A DNA stretch of 64,000 bases from Armatimonadota bacterium (GCA_963677485.1 OY781964.1:1376001-1440000), one strand, 5' to 3'. Shown: positions 48,730 to 58,246, counted from the first letter of the stretch. Numbers and translations: made by a program. Notes: generated from the sequence alone by a model not told the origin.

Positions 48730-50148
48730 ATGAAGATTGCCATCATTGGCGCGGGAAGCATTGTCTTCGCCAAAACGCTCATCAACGACATTCTGTCAAC
48801 GCCGGCACTGCAAGGATGCGAGCTGGCTCTGATGGCCCCCACCGAGCCCAAACTGCGGCGTATGGAAGCCTTCGTGAATCGCATGATCACGGAGAACGGA
48901 CTACCCGCCTCAGTGTATGCCACCACCGACCGGCGTGACGCCATCACGGACGCCGATTTCGTGATCTGCATGGTGCAGGTGGGCGGTGTGGACGCCTTCA
49001 AGATCGACTATGAAATCCCCATGAAATACGGCGTCGATCAATGCATCGGCGACAGCCTGGGCCCAGGCGGCGTGTTCCGGTTGCTGCGCAGTATGCCCGT
49101 AATGCAGGGGATGATGAAGGACATCGAAGAGGTCGCCAAACCGGGCGCCATTCTGCTGAACTACACCAACCCGATGGGCGCGGTGTGTACCGGTCTTGGC
49201 CGCATTTCGAATGTGCCCTCCATAGGACTCTGCCATGGTGTGCAGACCACGCTGGACCTGATCAGCGGATATGTGGATGTTCCAAAACCGCAGATCGACT
49301 ACCTCTGCGCGGGCATCAACCATATGACCTGGTTCCTGAAGCTGGAGCATGAGGGCAAAGACCTCTACCCGCTGTTCAAAGAGCGTTGCGAACTGCCGGA
49401 ATACTACATCAACGAAAAGGTCCGTATCGAAGTGATGCGCCATTTCGGATATTTCATGACCGAATCCACCGGCCACCTCAGCGAGTATGTGCCCTGGTTC
49501 CGCAGTAGTCAGCGCGGTCTGGACACCTACTGCGATGAGCCCGATTTCGGCGGTGCCACCGGTGCGTATTACAAATATTGCGATTTCATCGCCGACAAAT
49601 ACTCCAAGGTCGACCCGCTGCAGTTCGAGAGTCCAGTGCTGCTGCCGCGCTCCGCGGAGTATTGCAGTTACATCCTTGAAGCCCACGTCACCGGCCGACC
49701 GTTCCGGCTGCAAGGCAACGTGCGCAACGACGGCTACATCACCAACCTGCCTCAAGGCTGCTGCGTAGAGGTGCCCGTCTACGTCGACCGAGAGGGTCTG
49801 CACCCGCTGCACATCGGCGATCTGCCGATGCAGTGCGCCGCACTGAACCAGAGCAACGTGACCGTGCAGGCACTGGCTGTGGAGGCCGCTCTGACTGGCA
49901 ACCCCGAATATGTGATGCAGGCTGTGGCGATGGATCCGCTGACCAGCGCCTGCTGCACCCTGAACGAGGCACGCGAGATGACCGCGGAGATGCTGGCCAA
50001 AGAGGCGAAATGGCTGCCGCAGTTTGAGGGCAAATCGCTGAAGGCGACTCCCGCCGTGATCATCCCTGCGGATGTGAAACGCGCTGAGGTGCCCACCGAC
50101 CCCGCGCTGGCCATCGGCAAGCGATTCGGCACCCTGGCTACGCAGTAA
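48730..50148 (+). CDS. melA: GH4 alpha-galactosidase (MelA-like)
   Basis: KIAIIGAGS, D.EIP.KYG, LNYTNPM, GLCHGV, AGINH, TES..HLSEY.PW. Confidence 0.9.
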   Translation: MKIAIIGAGSIVFAKTLINDILSTPALQGCELALMAPTEPKLRRMEAFVNRMITENGLPASVYATTDRRDAITDADFVICMVQVGGVDAFKIDYEIPMKYGVDQCIGDSLGPGGVFRLLRSMPVMQGMMKDIEEVAKPGAILLNYTNPMGAVCTGLGRISNVPSIGLCHGVQTTLDLISGYVDVPKPQIDYLCAGINHMTWFLKLEHEGKDLYPLFKERCELPEYYINEKVRIEVMRHFGYFMTESTGHLSEYVPWFRSSQRGLDTYCDEPDFGGATGAYYKYCDFIADKYSKVDPLQFESPVLLPRSAEYCSYILEAHVTGRPFRLQGNVRNDGYITNLPQGCCVEVPVYVDREGLHPLHIGDLPMQCAALNQSNVTVQALAVEAALTGNPEYVMQAVAMDPLTSACCTLNEAREMTAEMLAKEAKWLPQFEGKSLKATPAVIIPADVKRAEVPTDPALAIGKRFGTLATQ

Positions 50149-50158
50149 GGCGCGAAGG

Positions 50159-50187
50159 CGTAGGGGCGAGGTGACCTCGCCCCTACG
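50159..50187. repeat. GTAG REP hairpin
   Basis: cgtaggggcgag-gtgac-ctcgcccctacg, perfect 12-bp IR. Confidence 0.8.
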
Positions 50188-50219
50188 GCCGCATGGCTCC
50201 GCCCTATCGACACGTAATG

Positions 50220-50325
50220 TCCCAATTCGCGACGCGCTGCGTCGCGAATTGAGTTAGACACATTTCGACACACTGCTACCCAATTTGGAACGCACTGCGT
50301 TCCAAATTGGGTAGGCCACACGACC
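50220..50325 (+). repeat. Two degenerate palindromic copies of an internal segment of the downstream YhcG gene
   Basis: Copies align to 50631-50690 and translate as PIRDALRRELS*THFDTLL and PIWNALRSKLGRPHD, against the gene's PIWYAVRTELSWTHYRTIL. Confidence 0.88.
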
Positions 50326-50344
50326 TTCACGAGGAGGTTGTTCG

Positions 50345-51394
50345 ATGACCGATGAGATAATATCCACCACCACGATGGATGGTCTGCTAACTCAATTACG
50401 CGGACTGATCCAGGATGCGCGTCAGCAAGCGTTACGCGCCGTGGATGTAGTTCAAGTACGAACCTGCTGGGAGGTCGGACGCCATATTGTGGAGTATGAA
50501 CAGGGTGGTGCGGATCGCGCGCAGTATGGCCAGAAGCTTCTATTACGTCTGGCAGAGCGGCTGACAGACGAGTTCGGCAGTGGGTTCGACCAACGCAACC
50601 TCAGACATATGCGGTCATTCTACCAAGAATTCCCAATTTGGTACGCAGTGCGTACCGAATTGAGTTGGACACACTACCGCACCATATTGCGAGTTGATGA
50701 TCCAAACGCCCGCGAGTGGTACATGGATGAAGCTGCGACACAAAACTGGAGCACTCGGACATTGGAACGCCAGATCGGCACCCTCTATTACGAGCGGTTG
50801 CTGGCATCACAAGACCGTAAAGCCGTGGTCGATGAGGCGGTGTCCAACATCGCACCGCTGCAAAAAAGCCCTCGGGAGTTCGTCCATGATCCGGTGATGC
50901 TGGAGTTCCTGGGTCTGCCCGACAGCGGGCGTCTACTGGAAGCCGATCTGGAGAAAGGGATCATTGATAACCTCCAGCAGTTCCTTATGGAGCTGGGTAA
51001 GGGCTTTGCATTCGTCGCGCGTCAGCAGCGGATCAGCACGGAGAGCACAGACTTCTATATCGATCTCGTGTTCTACAACTACATCCTAAAGTGCTTCGTG
51101 CTGTTTGACATCAAGACTGGCAAACTATCGCACCAAGACATCGGTCAGATGGATATGTATATCCGCATGTATGATGACTTGAAGTGTGCCCCCGACGACA
51201 ATCCCACGGTGGGCATCGTGTTGTGTGCTCAAAAAGATGCGTCGGTGGCACGATATTCGGTTCTGCATGAGCACGAGTACCTGTTCGCCTCACGGTATAG
51301 ACTGGTGCTGCCATCAGAGGAAGCACTTCAGGCCGAACTCGATCGTGAACATAACCGGTTGATGGAACAGTATACCGAATACCGCATGAACTAA
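50345..51394 (+). CDS. YhcG / DUF1016 family PD-(D/E)xK nuclease
   Basis: WEVG..I, LSWTHY, WSTR.L.RQI, LMELGKGFAFVARQ, IDLVFYN, DIGQM, NPTVGI.LC. Confidence 0.93.
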   Translation: MTDEIISTTTMDGLLTQLRGLIQDARQQALRAVDVVQVRTCWEVGRHIVEYEQGGADRAQYGQKLLLRLAERLTDEFGSGFDQRNLRHMRSFYQEFPIWYAVRTELSWTHYRTILRVDDPNAREWYMDEAATQNWSTRTLERQIGTLYYERLLASQDRKAVVDEAVSNIAPLQKSPREFVHDPVMLEFLGLPDSGRLLEADLEKGIIDNLQQFLMELGKGFAFVARQQRISTESTDFYIDLVFYNYILKCFVLFDIKTGKLSHQDIGQMDMYIRMYDDLKCAPDDNPTVGIVLCAQKDASVARYSVLHEHEYLFASRYRLVLPSEEALQAELDREHNRLMEQYTEYRMN

Positions 51395-51471
51395 GCCTTG
51401 GCTGATACCCCCCTGCATCATCGGCTCCGGTTTCGCTGTACAATACAACAAATAACCACTCGGAGGACGAC

Positions 51472-53025
51472 ATGAGCAGCGAACTCAGCCTGGACATCTG
51501 GGACTGGACCGCACCAGCAAAAGATCTGACGCTCTGGAAGACATGGTGCCAGGATTTTAAGCAGTTGGGCGGTACCCGCATCGAGTTGAGCGTGCCGTGG
51601 AGCACAATCGAACCCCAACCCGGACAGATCGAGCTAAGCTGGCTGAATGACCATCTGAGCATCTGCGAACAGCTTGGACTGGGTATGAGGCTGCGCATCA
51701 ACAGCTATTATGCGGGATGCGTGCCAGCCTGGTATGACGGCGACCTCTGGGTTGCGGCTCCTGGTCTGCCAGCTTGTCAGTTCAAGATGCCCTCCATCGC
51801 CGATGACCGCTTCTGGGCGCACTTTGGGCCGATCTGCACCGCCATCGCCAGTGCCGTGAAAGGCAAGGACGTGCTGTTGAATAGCTTCACCGGCGTCCAT
51901 GCCGAACTGAAGTTCGCGGACTGGTGGAGCTGGGACCCAAGTTGCCTGCGCATGTGGCAACAGGCCCTCAAGAAGCGGCCGATGTGGCTGAAGCGGATCT
52001 GCGGTAACGCCTCGCTGCCTCAAGTTCCGGTGCTCCCACCTCAGACCAATGGTCTGCCCGATATCTCAGCCGAAAGCCGGGCGACCATCGCCTGGCGCCA
52101 GCAACTCTGGAGGGATGCCACTCAGAGGTTCATCGCGGCCTGCCGCAAAGGCGACCCCAATGCCAAAATCAGTTGCCCGCTGGGAGAAAGCTTCCGCCGG
52201 CAGAGTGCATCGATGAGCAACCAGGACTACTGGGGCTGCACCCGCGACGCCAACCAGGTGGTGCATTCCTACGATTTTTTCTGGCACCCGGGCTCTACAC
52301 CCGTCTGGCATGTGCGCGCCGTCGTGCAGGCATTCCAGGGGATCACCCGACTGCCGGTCTGCTTCGAGTTCGACTCGCCGTTATCCATAGAAAACAACGG
52401 CTACACTGTACCGATCCAGAAGCGAGTGGCGGAAGAAGTGGTATCCACGGGTGGAGGTCTGAAAATGGCCAACTTCAGTTACTACAAAACACTGCCCAGC
52501 GAATATCCGCTGATTACACACAGCGGCCGGCTCGTGCGGAACCAGCAGCTCGAAGCACCAAAATGGAATGAGCCCAACACCATTCTGCTGCTGATGAGCA
52601 ACTGGGTGACCTATTGCTACCGTGAAGAATCCGAGTGGCTGCACGACGCCATGTTCGGCTGGTGGAAACTACTGACCGACGCCGGCTTCAACATCCGCAT
52701 CATCTGCGAGGAGAACCTGAGCGAGGAGCTGAGCAGATACCGCGGACTAGTGGTGCCCTATCTGCCCGATGGAGTGCTTCCCACCGACAGCATTAAGGCC
52801 CTGGGGGCGTTGACCATTCCACTTTTTGTGGAGCGCGCAACCGGTGCTTTCCAGCCCGAACAGCACGCCAAGGTAGGCTGGGTCACACCCGCATGGCAGC
52901 GCAGTGCGTTTGGTGCCGAGTGCCAAACCACGCTGCCCATCGGCTGGAGCTACTTGCACCATGAGGACGCCTCCCTTGCTCAGCAGATCGCCCGCGAATT
53001 CGAGCGTTTTGGCATGAAGCGATAG
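51472..53025 (+). CDS. Clan-A-like glycoside hydrolase (GH42/GH14-like TIM barrel plus trimerisation-type domain)
   Basis: VPWSTIEPQPG.....WLND, P.W, candidate CFE nucleophile. Confidence 0.7.
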   Translation: MSSELSLDIWDWTAPAKDLTLWKTWCQDFKQLGGTRIELSVPWSTIEPQPGQIELSWLNDHLSICEQLGLGMRLRINSYYAGCVPAWYDGDLWVAAPGLPACQFKMPSIADDRFWAHFGPICTAIASAVKGKDVLLNSFTGVHAELKFADWWSWDPSCLRMWQQALKKRPMWLKRICGNASLPQVPVLPPQTNGLPDISAESRATIAWRQQLWRDATQRFIAACRKGDPNAKISCPLGESFRRQSASMSNQDYWGCTRDANQVVHSYDFFWHPGSTPVWHVRAVVQAFQGITRLPVCFEFDSPLSIENNGYTVPIQKRVAEEVVSTGGGLKMANFSYYKTLPSEYPLITHSGRLVRNQQLEAPKWNEPNTILLLMSNWVTYCYREESEWLHDAMFGWWKLLTDAGFNIRIICEENLSEELSRYRGLVVPYLPDGVLPTDSIKALGALTIPLFVERATGAFQPEQHAKVGWVTPAWQRSAFGAECQTTLPIGWSYLHHEDASLAQQIAREFERFGMKR

Positions 53026-53081
53026 CCGAGGTGTTATTGGACGGATCGGCCTGATCCGTCCAACTTACCCACACAAAACCC

Positions 53082-55163
53082 CTACTCCCCGATGAAGAAC
53101 ACCACCTGAGCCTCGTTGGCAGCCATCTCCAAGGTCAGCTTCACACGGCCGTCAGGCAGCAGCTCCCAGCGGTCAGCCCCCTTCAGCTCACGCAGCTTCG
53201 TGGTGTCGATGGGCTGCGTGACATACACCACCTCGCCCCGGTTGGCGGTGAACAGCACCACCATGCCGGAAGCGCACTCCGGGTCGATCTTTTCGTATAC
53301 TTCCGGGCTGGTGCCGATCTGGCCGGTCAGCCGTGGATAGGAGCGGTTCACGGCATCCGCCACCTGCTTGTAGTCGTTGATGCCCGTTGACCACAACTCA
53401 ATATCCTCTGGCGTCAAGCTCAGCAAGTCGCCCCAGATGCCGTTTCCGCCCAGCAGCATCGAAGCAAGGCTGTTGCGCTGCGACAAAGCCGGTGCGTCCG
53501 GCAAATAGTGCGTGAGGAACAGGATCGACGGAATGAGCTCGTCATACTTCAAACCCTGACGGCAGATGCGCGGACGGGCCGCCCCCGGATGGAAAAACAC
53601 ATTGATGGTATTCGGCTCGATTTTGATGCGCGCGGGGATGTCGAAGTCGTGGTAGTATGGCCCGTTGTTCACCAGGAAATACTTGCCGACGGATAGGAAG
53701 CCCAATCCCATGAAACGCTGGCCCTCGGTGATATCAAAATCCACGATCACATCAGGGCGTTGGGCGGTGACCTCCTCCACGATCTGGATCATCCGCCGCC
53801 CCATCTCGTAGGCGTAGCAGTCCTGACGCTCTTCCGAGGTGTGGCTTTCATTGCCATGGTCGTGCAGAGGCGAGTCGCAGCCGTACTGCGAGATTCCGTC
53901 CCACTTGAAGTAACTCACGCCCAACTCATCGCGCAGCCGGATCATGGTCTGCACATAGTGCGGCACGTATCCCGAAGCCAGGCAGATCGCGCAACTTTGT
54001 TCTGTCTCCCACACCTCGCCGAAATCCCATGGCTTGCCGTTTTGGGTGATGACATATTCGGGGTGGCTCTGCATGATCCCGGAGCTGCGGGCGGCCACAA
54101 TCGGGTTGAACCACAGCCCAAGCTTCATGCCATACCCTTCCAGTCTGGCGCGCACCTCCTGCAGACCATCCGGGAAGCGTTGAAGGTTCACCAGCCAGTC
54201 ACCCGTCTTGGTGTACCAGCCGGTGTCGATCACATATACATCGATGCCCAGCTTGTGTGCGACGTCAATTTCCGCCAGGATGTGCTCAAGATGCATCGTC
54301 TCAAGGTACGGGCGGCCGTTGTAATAGCGGTTCCGCTCCTGGAAATTCCAGGTGTTGTAGAAGATATACGGCTTGCGCGACTCGCAGTTCTCGCTGATCT
54401 CCTCCAGCATGAACTGCCGGTAGCGGCGCAGCAAAGCCTCGCTGTCACCATCGACCAGGCCTAGCTCAAACCAGACCGTCTCAAAGCCACGACCCTCGTC
54501 TAGCCGAAGACCATCGTAGAAGTTGCCCTTCACGGCCTGTAGGCTGAGATTCTTCTCCTCCAGGCCTAGCTCAAACTGAAGGAAGCTGTTGGGCTGATCG
54601 GCACCATGCTCATACGCCAGCAGCAGGCTCTGTTTGGAGTCATTCAACACCACGATCGGCCCGGTGAGGTTCTGACCGTCATACAGCTCAGACCATTGGT
54701 ATCGGTGCTGCTGCGGCACATAGCAATGCACGGTGGGATCGAAATGCCCAAGCTGAATCTGCGTCAACTGCTCGCTAGGCGGCCACTCACTCAGCGCGAA
54801 GTAGCGCAGGTAGTCACTGCCGTCGTTCTTGGTCATACGGGCTGGAACGTCAGAATGGATGCGGTACCGGAAGCGCAGGAACGGCGAATCCTCAAACCCG
54901 CGAAGCTGAACATCCAGCCGGATGGGCACAGGCACGTCCACCGTAAAGTGCGCCACCCACTCCAGACCGCCATGCCGCAGTGCCCGAGGCTCCGAGCAGC
55001 CCTCGTATTTGAAGTCAAACACCACATGACCCTCCACCTCCAGGACCGGCGGCAGGATGTGGTATTGCTGTTTTGGTGCGCTCTCGGTCGCTGCGCAGAG
55101 CAACACACCCGGTTTCCCGAGCGTGATTTGCAGTTTTCCAACGGACAGCTTATGTGTGGTCAT
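53082..55163 (-). CDS. GH36-type alpha-galactosidase
   Basis: YNTW, VIDTGW, RFPDGL, GMKLGLW..P, YFKWD. Confidence 0.85.
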   Translation of the reverse strand: MTTHKLSVGKLQITLGKPGVLLCAATESAPKQQYHILPPVLEVEGHVVFDFKYEGCSEPRALRHGGLEWVAHFTVDVPVPIRLDVQLRGFEDSPFLRFRYRIHSDVPARMTKNDGSDYLRYFALSEWPPSEQLTQIQLGHFDPTVHCYVPQQHRYQWSELYDGQNLTGPIVVLNDSKQSLLLAYEHGADQPNSFLQFELGLEEKNLSLQAVKGNFYDGLRLDEGRGFETVWFELGLVDGDSEALLRRYRQFMLEEISENCESRKPYIFYNTWNFQERNRYYNGRPYLETMHLEHILAEIDVAHKLGIDVYVIDTGWYTKTGDWLVNLQRFPDGLQEVRARLEGYGMKLGLWFNPIVAARSSGIMQSHPEYVITQNGKPWDFGEVWETEQSCAICLASGYVPHYVQTMIRLRDELGVSYFKWDGISQYGCDSPLHDHGNESHTSEERQDCYAYEMGRRMIQIVEEVTAQRPDVIVDFDITEGQRFMGLGFLSVGKYFLVNNGPYYHDFDIPARIKIEPNTINVFFHPGAARPRICRQGLKYDELIPSILFLTHYLPDAPALSQRNSLASMLLGGNGIWGDLLSLTPEDIELWSTGINDYKQVADAVNRSYPRLTGQIGTSPEVYEKIDPECASGMVVLFTANRGEVVYVTQPIDTTKLRELKGADRWELLPDGRVKLTLEMAANEAQVVFFIGE

Positions 55164-55227
55164 TGTTAGTCCTTGATGCGTGTATTGATGGTATCGCTAT
55201 TGGGTTACAGCGGAGCAAATCCGGGAG

Positions 55228-55512
55228 GCTAACCGCCAGACCGGCGCGGTCTCAAGCCTTCGGTAACCGCTAGCCTACGCACAGACCGCCCCGGACTTAG
55301 CCAACCATATCCCGGATGTAACTACTCGGCCACGATCCCACGGGTTTAGTCACCCGCTGAACCGGGTTCCCTCACCGCGTGGCTGATTATTCGCGACCCG
55401 TAAGCGGGTGCGGGGGGCGTCCGGAACGCGTCCGCTTCAGCGGACAGCCAACTTATTAGCGATGGGTGACGAGGCCTGCTTTAGCAGGTTGATGGAACCC
55501 GTCGCTGATAGC
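55228..55512. repeat. REP-like repeat cluster
   Basis: Copy of the ccgccagaccggcgcggtct...agaccgccccggacttagcc repeat plus short palindromes such as tccgcttcagcgga and cctgctttagcagg. Confidence 0.7.
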
Positions 55513-55555
55513 TGGGAAGATACTTACTGACAAGATAAACGCGGTGGTCTTTCAT
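55481..55555 (-). pseudogene. Truncated start of a HepT/DUF86 toxin gene
   Basis: ATGA-coupled MKDHRVYLV, then runs into repeat DNA and stops after 24 codons. Confidence 0.55.
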
Positions 55556-55842
55556 ATCGGCTGTGCTTCTCGTAATATCCGGCGACGCAAAAGCCAGTAG
55601 ATCCCATCTTCTGTCACCACGTCTACTTTTCGGCCCAGCAGATCCTGGAGGTCAGCTAGCAGGCCTGCCTGATCGAGAAGACTGCGTCCTTTCTCCAGGC
55701 ACACCAGAAAGTCGATATCGCTCTCGTCGGTGTCCTCTCCACGCGCGACAGATCCAAACACCCGCATATTATACGCTCCATATAGAGAGCATAGCTTGAG
55801 GATGTCGTCACGTTTATGTTTGATGAGTTCTTGACCGCTCAT
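55552..55842 (-). CDS. MNT-family nucleotidyltransferase (MntA-like antitoxin)
   Basis: VFGSVARGED..ESDIDFLV...LLGRKVDVVT. Confidence 0.92.
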   Translation of the reverse strand: MSGQELIKHKRDDILKLCSLYGAYNMRVFGSVARGEDTDESDIDFLVCLEKGRSLLDQAGLLADLQDLLGRKVDVVTEDGIYWLLRRRILREAQPI

Positions 55843-56555
55843 AAGATACTTCGCTTCCCATGCACTTGTTATACGACCATCTTAAGTGTACCGAAAATCC
55901 GGGTATGTAAAATAAAGCAGCAGTAAGGTTTCCTTCAATGCTCCTCTCCTGACTCCTCTACTCCTGCCTCCAGTCTCCTCCCCCGCCTAGTTGCTCTCGC
56001 GGCCCTCGACGGCAGCGATTAAAACCGCAGCGGCGATACCAAGCCTGCGGTCGAGTTTGCCGGACATATCTGCGGAGAAGTCTAGCTGGAGCTTCAGGGT
56101 GAAGGGGTTGAAGTTCTGCTGGAAAGTCAGCACAGGTATACCGTTCATATCACCCTGGAAACTCTGTGGTACGATATTGGTGAGGAACCTTCTGAGTAGG
56201 GCCAGCAACATGCTGTCTTCTATGATCGTGCCAATTTCGTTACCAGCTGGATCCAGTATCGTCCACTCATCCCTAAGCATGGACCTTAAGCCTCGTCTGC
56301 GCAGCGCGCCGATCGCCTGCCCTGAAATGGGATCCACTACGTCATAGGTAGCTGAGATGTCCAGCATCTGCCGTGCTTGAATCACGAGCACCTCATTCAG
56401 CTTATCTTCCCCGGTATACAGCTTGATATCTTCCTTCAACCTGAATGCTTTCAAACTGGCAAATAGCACCAAAGCACCGCTAGGGTCATAGATCCTGTAA
56501 GAACCTGAGCGGCACCCGAATTTTTACAGACAGAATATTAAGGTAAACTGAGTTC

Positions 56556-56984
56556 ATGAAGACACATCATTTGAATGATCCGGATCCGATGTCTGTTCCG
56601 ACGTCCGGGGTGGAAAGAGCCCCGGAAGGAGCGCGGAGCGCGACTGAAGGGGCGAGTTCCACCCCGGACGTAAATTTTTTACCGGAGAGCCGACGGTGGT
56701 CCTGCCGACGCAAACTTGAGGTGGTTCAACGCTTGATTGGCGGCGAATCCTTGGAGATCGTATCAAGGCAAATAGGTGTACCGATATATCAGATTGAGGA
56801 GTGGCGTGATAGAGCCCTGGCTGGCATGGAATCCGCTCTGAAGATACGTGTTCAAGATCCCTTAGAGCATCAGCTCAAAGAGGCCCAGCGACGTATCGGT
56901 GAGCAATCTATGGAGATTGAACTCCTATACGAGCGATGTCACCGGAGAGAAGCCCCTTTTACGCGGGGGAAATTACGGAAATGA
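56556..56984 (+). CDS. IS3 transposase OrfA (HTH)
   Basis: RWS.RRKLEVV...GESL...SRQ.GV HTH followed by a leucine-zipper-like segment. Confidence 0.85.
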   Translation: MKTHHLNDPDPMSVPTSGVERAPEGARSATEGASSTPDVNFLPESRRWSCRRKLEVVQRLIGGESLEIVSRQIGVPIYQIEEWRDRALAGMESALKIRVQDPLEHQLKEAQRRIGEQSMEIELLYERCHRREAPFTRGKLRK

Positions 56985-57895
56985 GCACTGCCATTTCCCC
57001 CGCCACATGCGCTCACTATGGTGTAGAAAGGGTATGCCGAGTTTGGGAACAACCTCGCTCTACCTACTATATGCAAATCACAGAGGTTGTTCATCCTGCT
57101 TTAAGCACACCCAGGCTAAAGCGTGGACCCAAGACCTCCGTTTCCGATGATGAACTATTGGAAGCGATCAAGCTTGTAATCAATGGCTCTCCATTTCAAG
57201 GTGAAGGCTATAAGAAAATCCACGCGTCACTGCACTTTGGAGCACAGAAGTTGCGAGTGGGCAGGAACCGTGTGCTTCGGCTAATGCGTAACAATGAGCT
57301 TCTATCGCCTTATCGCAGACCTAAGGCAGATACTAATCAACACAATGGAACGATCATTACTGATGCTCCCAATATCATGTGGGGTACTGACGGCACACAG
57401 GTGCGGACGGTTGATGATGGAAATATCTGGATATTCAGTGCGGTAGAACACTGGAACGGTGAGTGCGTAGGCATATATGTCTGCAAACTCGGTACCCGGT
57501 TCAACGCCGTTCAACCTGTGCTTGAAGGGGTTCAGGCTATATATGGCAGCGTAGAGCGTGCTGTCGCCAACGGGCTTACTCTGAGACTCGACAACGGATC
57601 CGCAAATTGCTCCGATCACTTCCAGTATGAAATCAAGCGGCTAGGGATCACACCCAGCTTCAGCTATGTGCAACAGCCCCAGACAAATGGTGTGGTTGAG
57701 CGATTCAACCGGACACTAAAGGAACAGGTCATTTACGCACATGTATTTCAGAATGTCGACGAAGTGAGGGAAGCAGTGCTACAATTCAAACAGGAGTACA
57801 ATCGTTCGTGGCGATTGGAGAAGATGGGATTCAAAACGCCGCTTGAAACCCGCCAGTGCTTTGTAGAAGAGCACTCCATTACAACTGCGGCTTAA
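56954..57895 (+). CDS. IS3 transposase OrfB (DDE core), -1 frame relative to orfA
   Basis: WGTDGT, LRLDNGS, NGVVERFNRTLKE; slippery C CCT TTT at 56954-56960; ATG at 56981 overlaps the orfA stop. Confidence 0.9.
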   Translation, partial: PFYAGEITEMSTAISPATCAHYGVERVCRVWEQPRSTYYMQITEVVHPALSTPRLKRGPKTSVSDDELLEAIKLVINGSPFQGEGYKKIHASLHFGAQKLRVGRNRVLRLMRNNELLSPYRRPKADTNQHNGTIITDAPNIMWGTDGTQVRTVDDGNIWIFSAVEHWNGECVGIYVCKLGTRFNAVQPVLEGVQAIYGSVERAVANGLTLRLDNGSANCSDHFQYEIKRLGITPSFSYVQQPQTNGVVERFNRTLKEQVIYAHVFQNVDEVREAVLQFKQEYNRSWRLEKMGFKTPLETRQCFVEEHSITTAA

Positions 57896-58246
57896 CACTA
57901 ACCCGTGTCTGTGTAACCGGGTGCGATACACTTCAGCATCTGCTTGCTCAACAGATAACTGGTGTGCCGGAATGGATTGGTGACACCCATGCTGCTGCCC
58001 ATACCGGAATAGTCGGTCATATTGATCTCCATCTTAATGCAGAATGTTATTTAGCTCATAGTCCGTAATGCTAAGGTGTTCCCCGGGCAGGCCCAGTCAA
58101 TGGAGCAACTTACAAAACAGGCTGCCTTGAACTCAGGAGCGGGTCTGACCCGTATGACATGTAAGACGAGTAGGACGAGTAAGACAAACGGGATACCTCC
58201 CGTCTCCTACTCTCCTCTCCTCCTCACTCCTGTCTCCTCGACGAGG

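Larger units (their letters stand above)
56506..57930 (+). mobile_element. IS3-family insertion sequence (1425 bp)
   Basis: TG...CA ends; imperfect IRs TGAGCGGCACCCGAATTTTTACAGACA and TGTATCGCACCCGGTTACACAGACA; orfA plus orfB. Confidence 0.9.
55987..58020 (-). pseudogene. LURP-one/scramblase-like gene split by an IS3 element
   Basis: 5' part 58020-57931 (GGAG, MTDY...YLLSKQMLK) and 3' part 56505-55987 (GSYRIYDPSG...KAFRLKEDI...LDRRLGIA) rejoin in frame. Confidence 0.85.
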
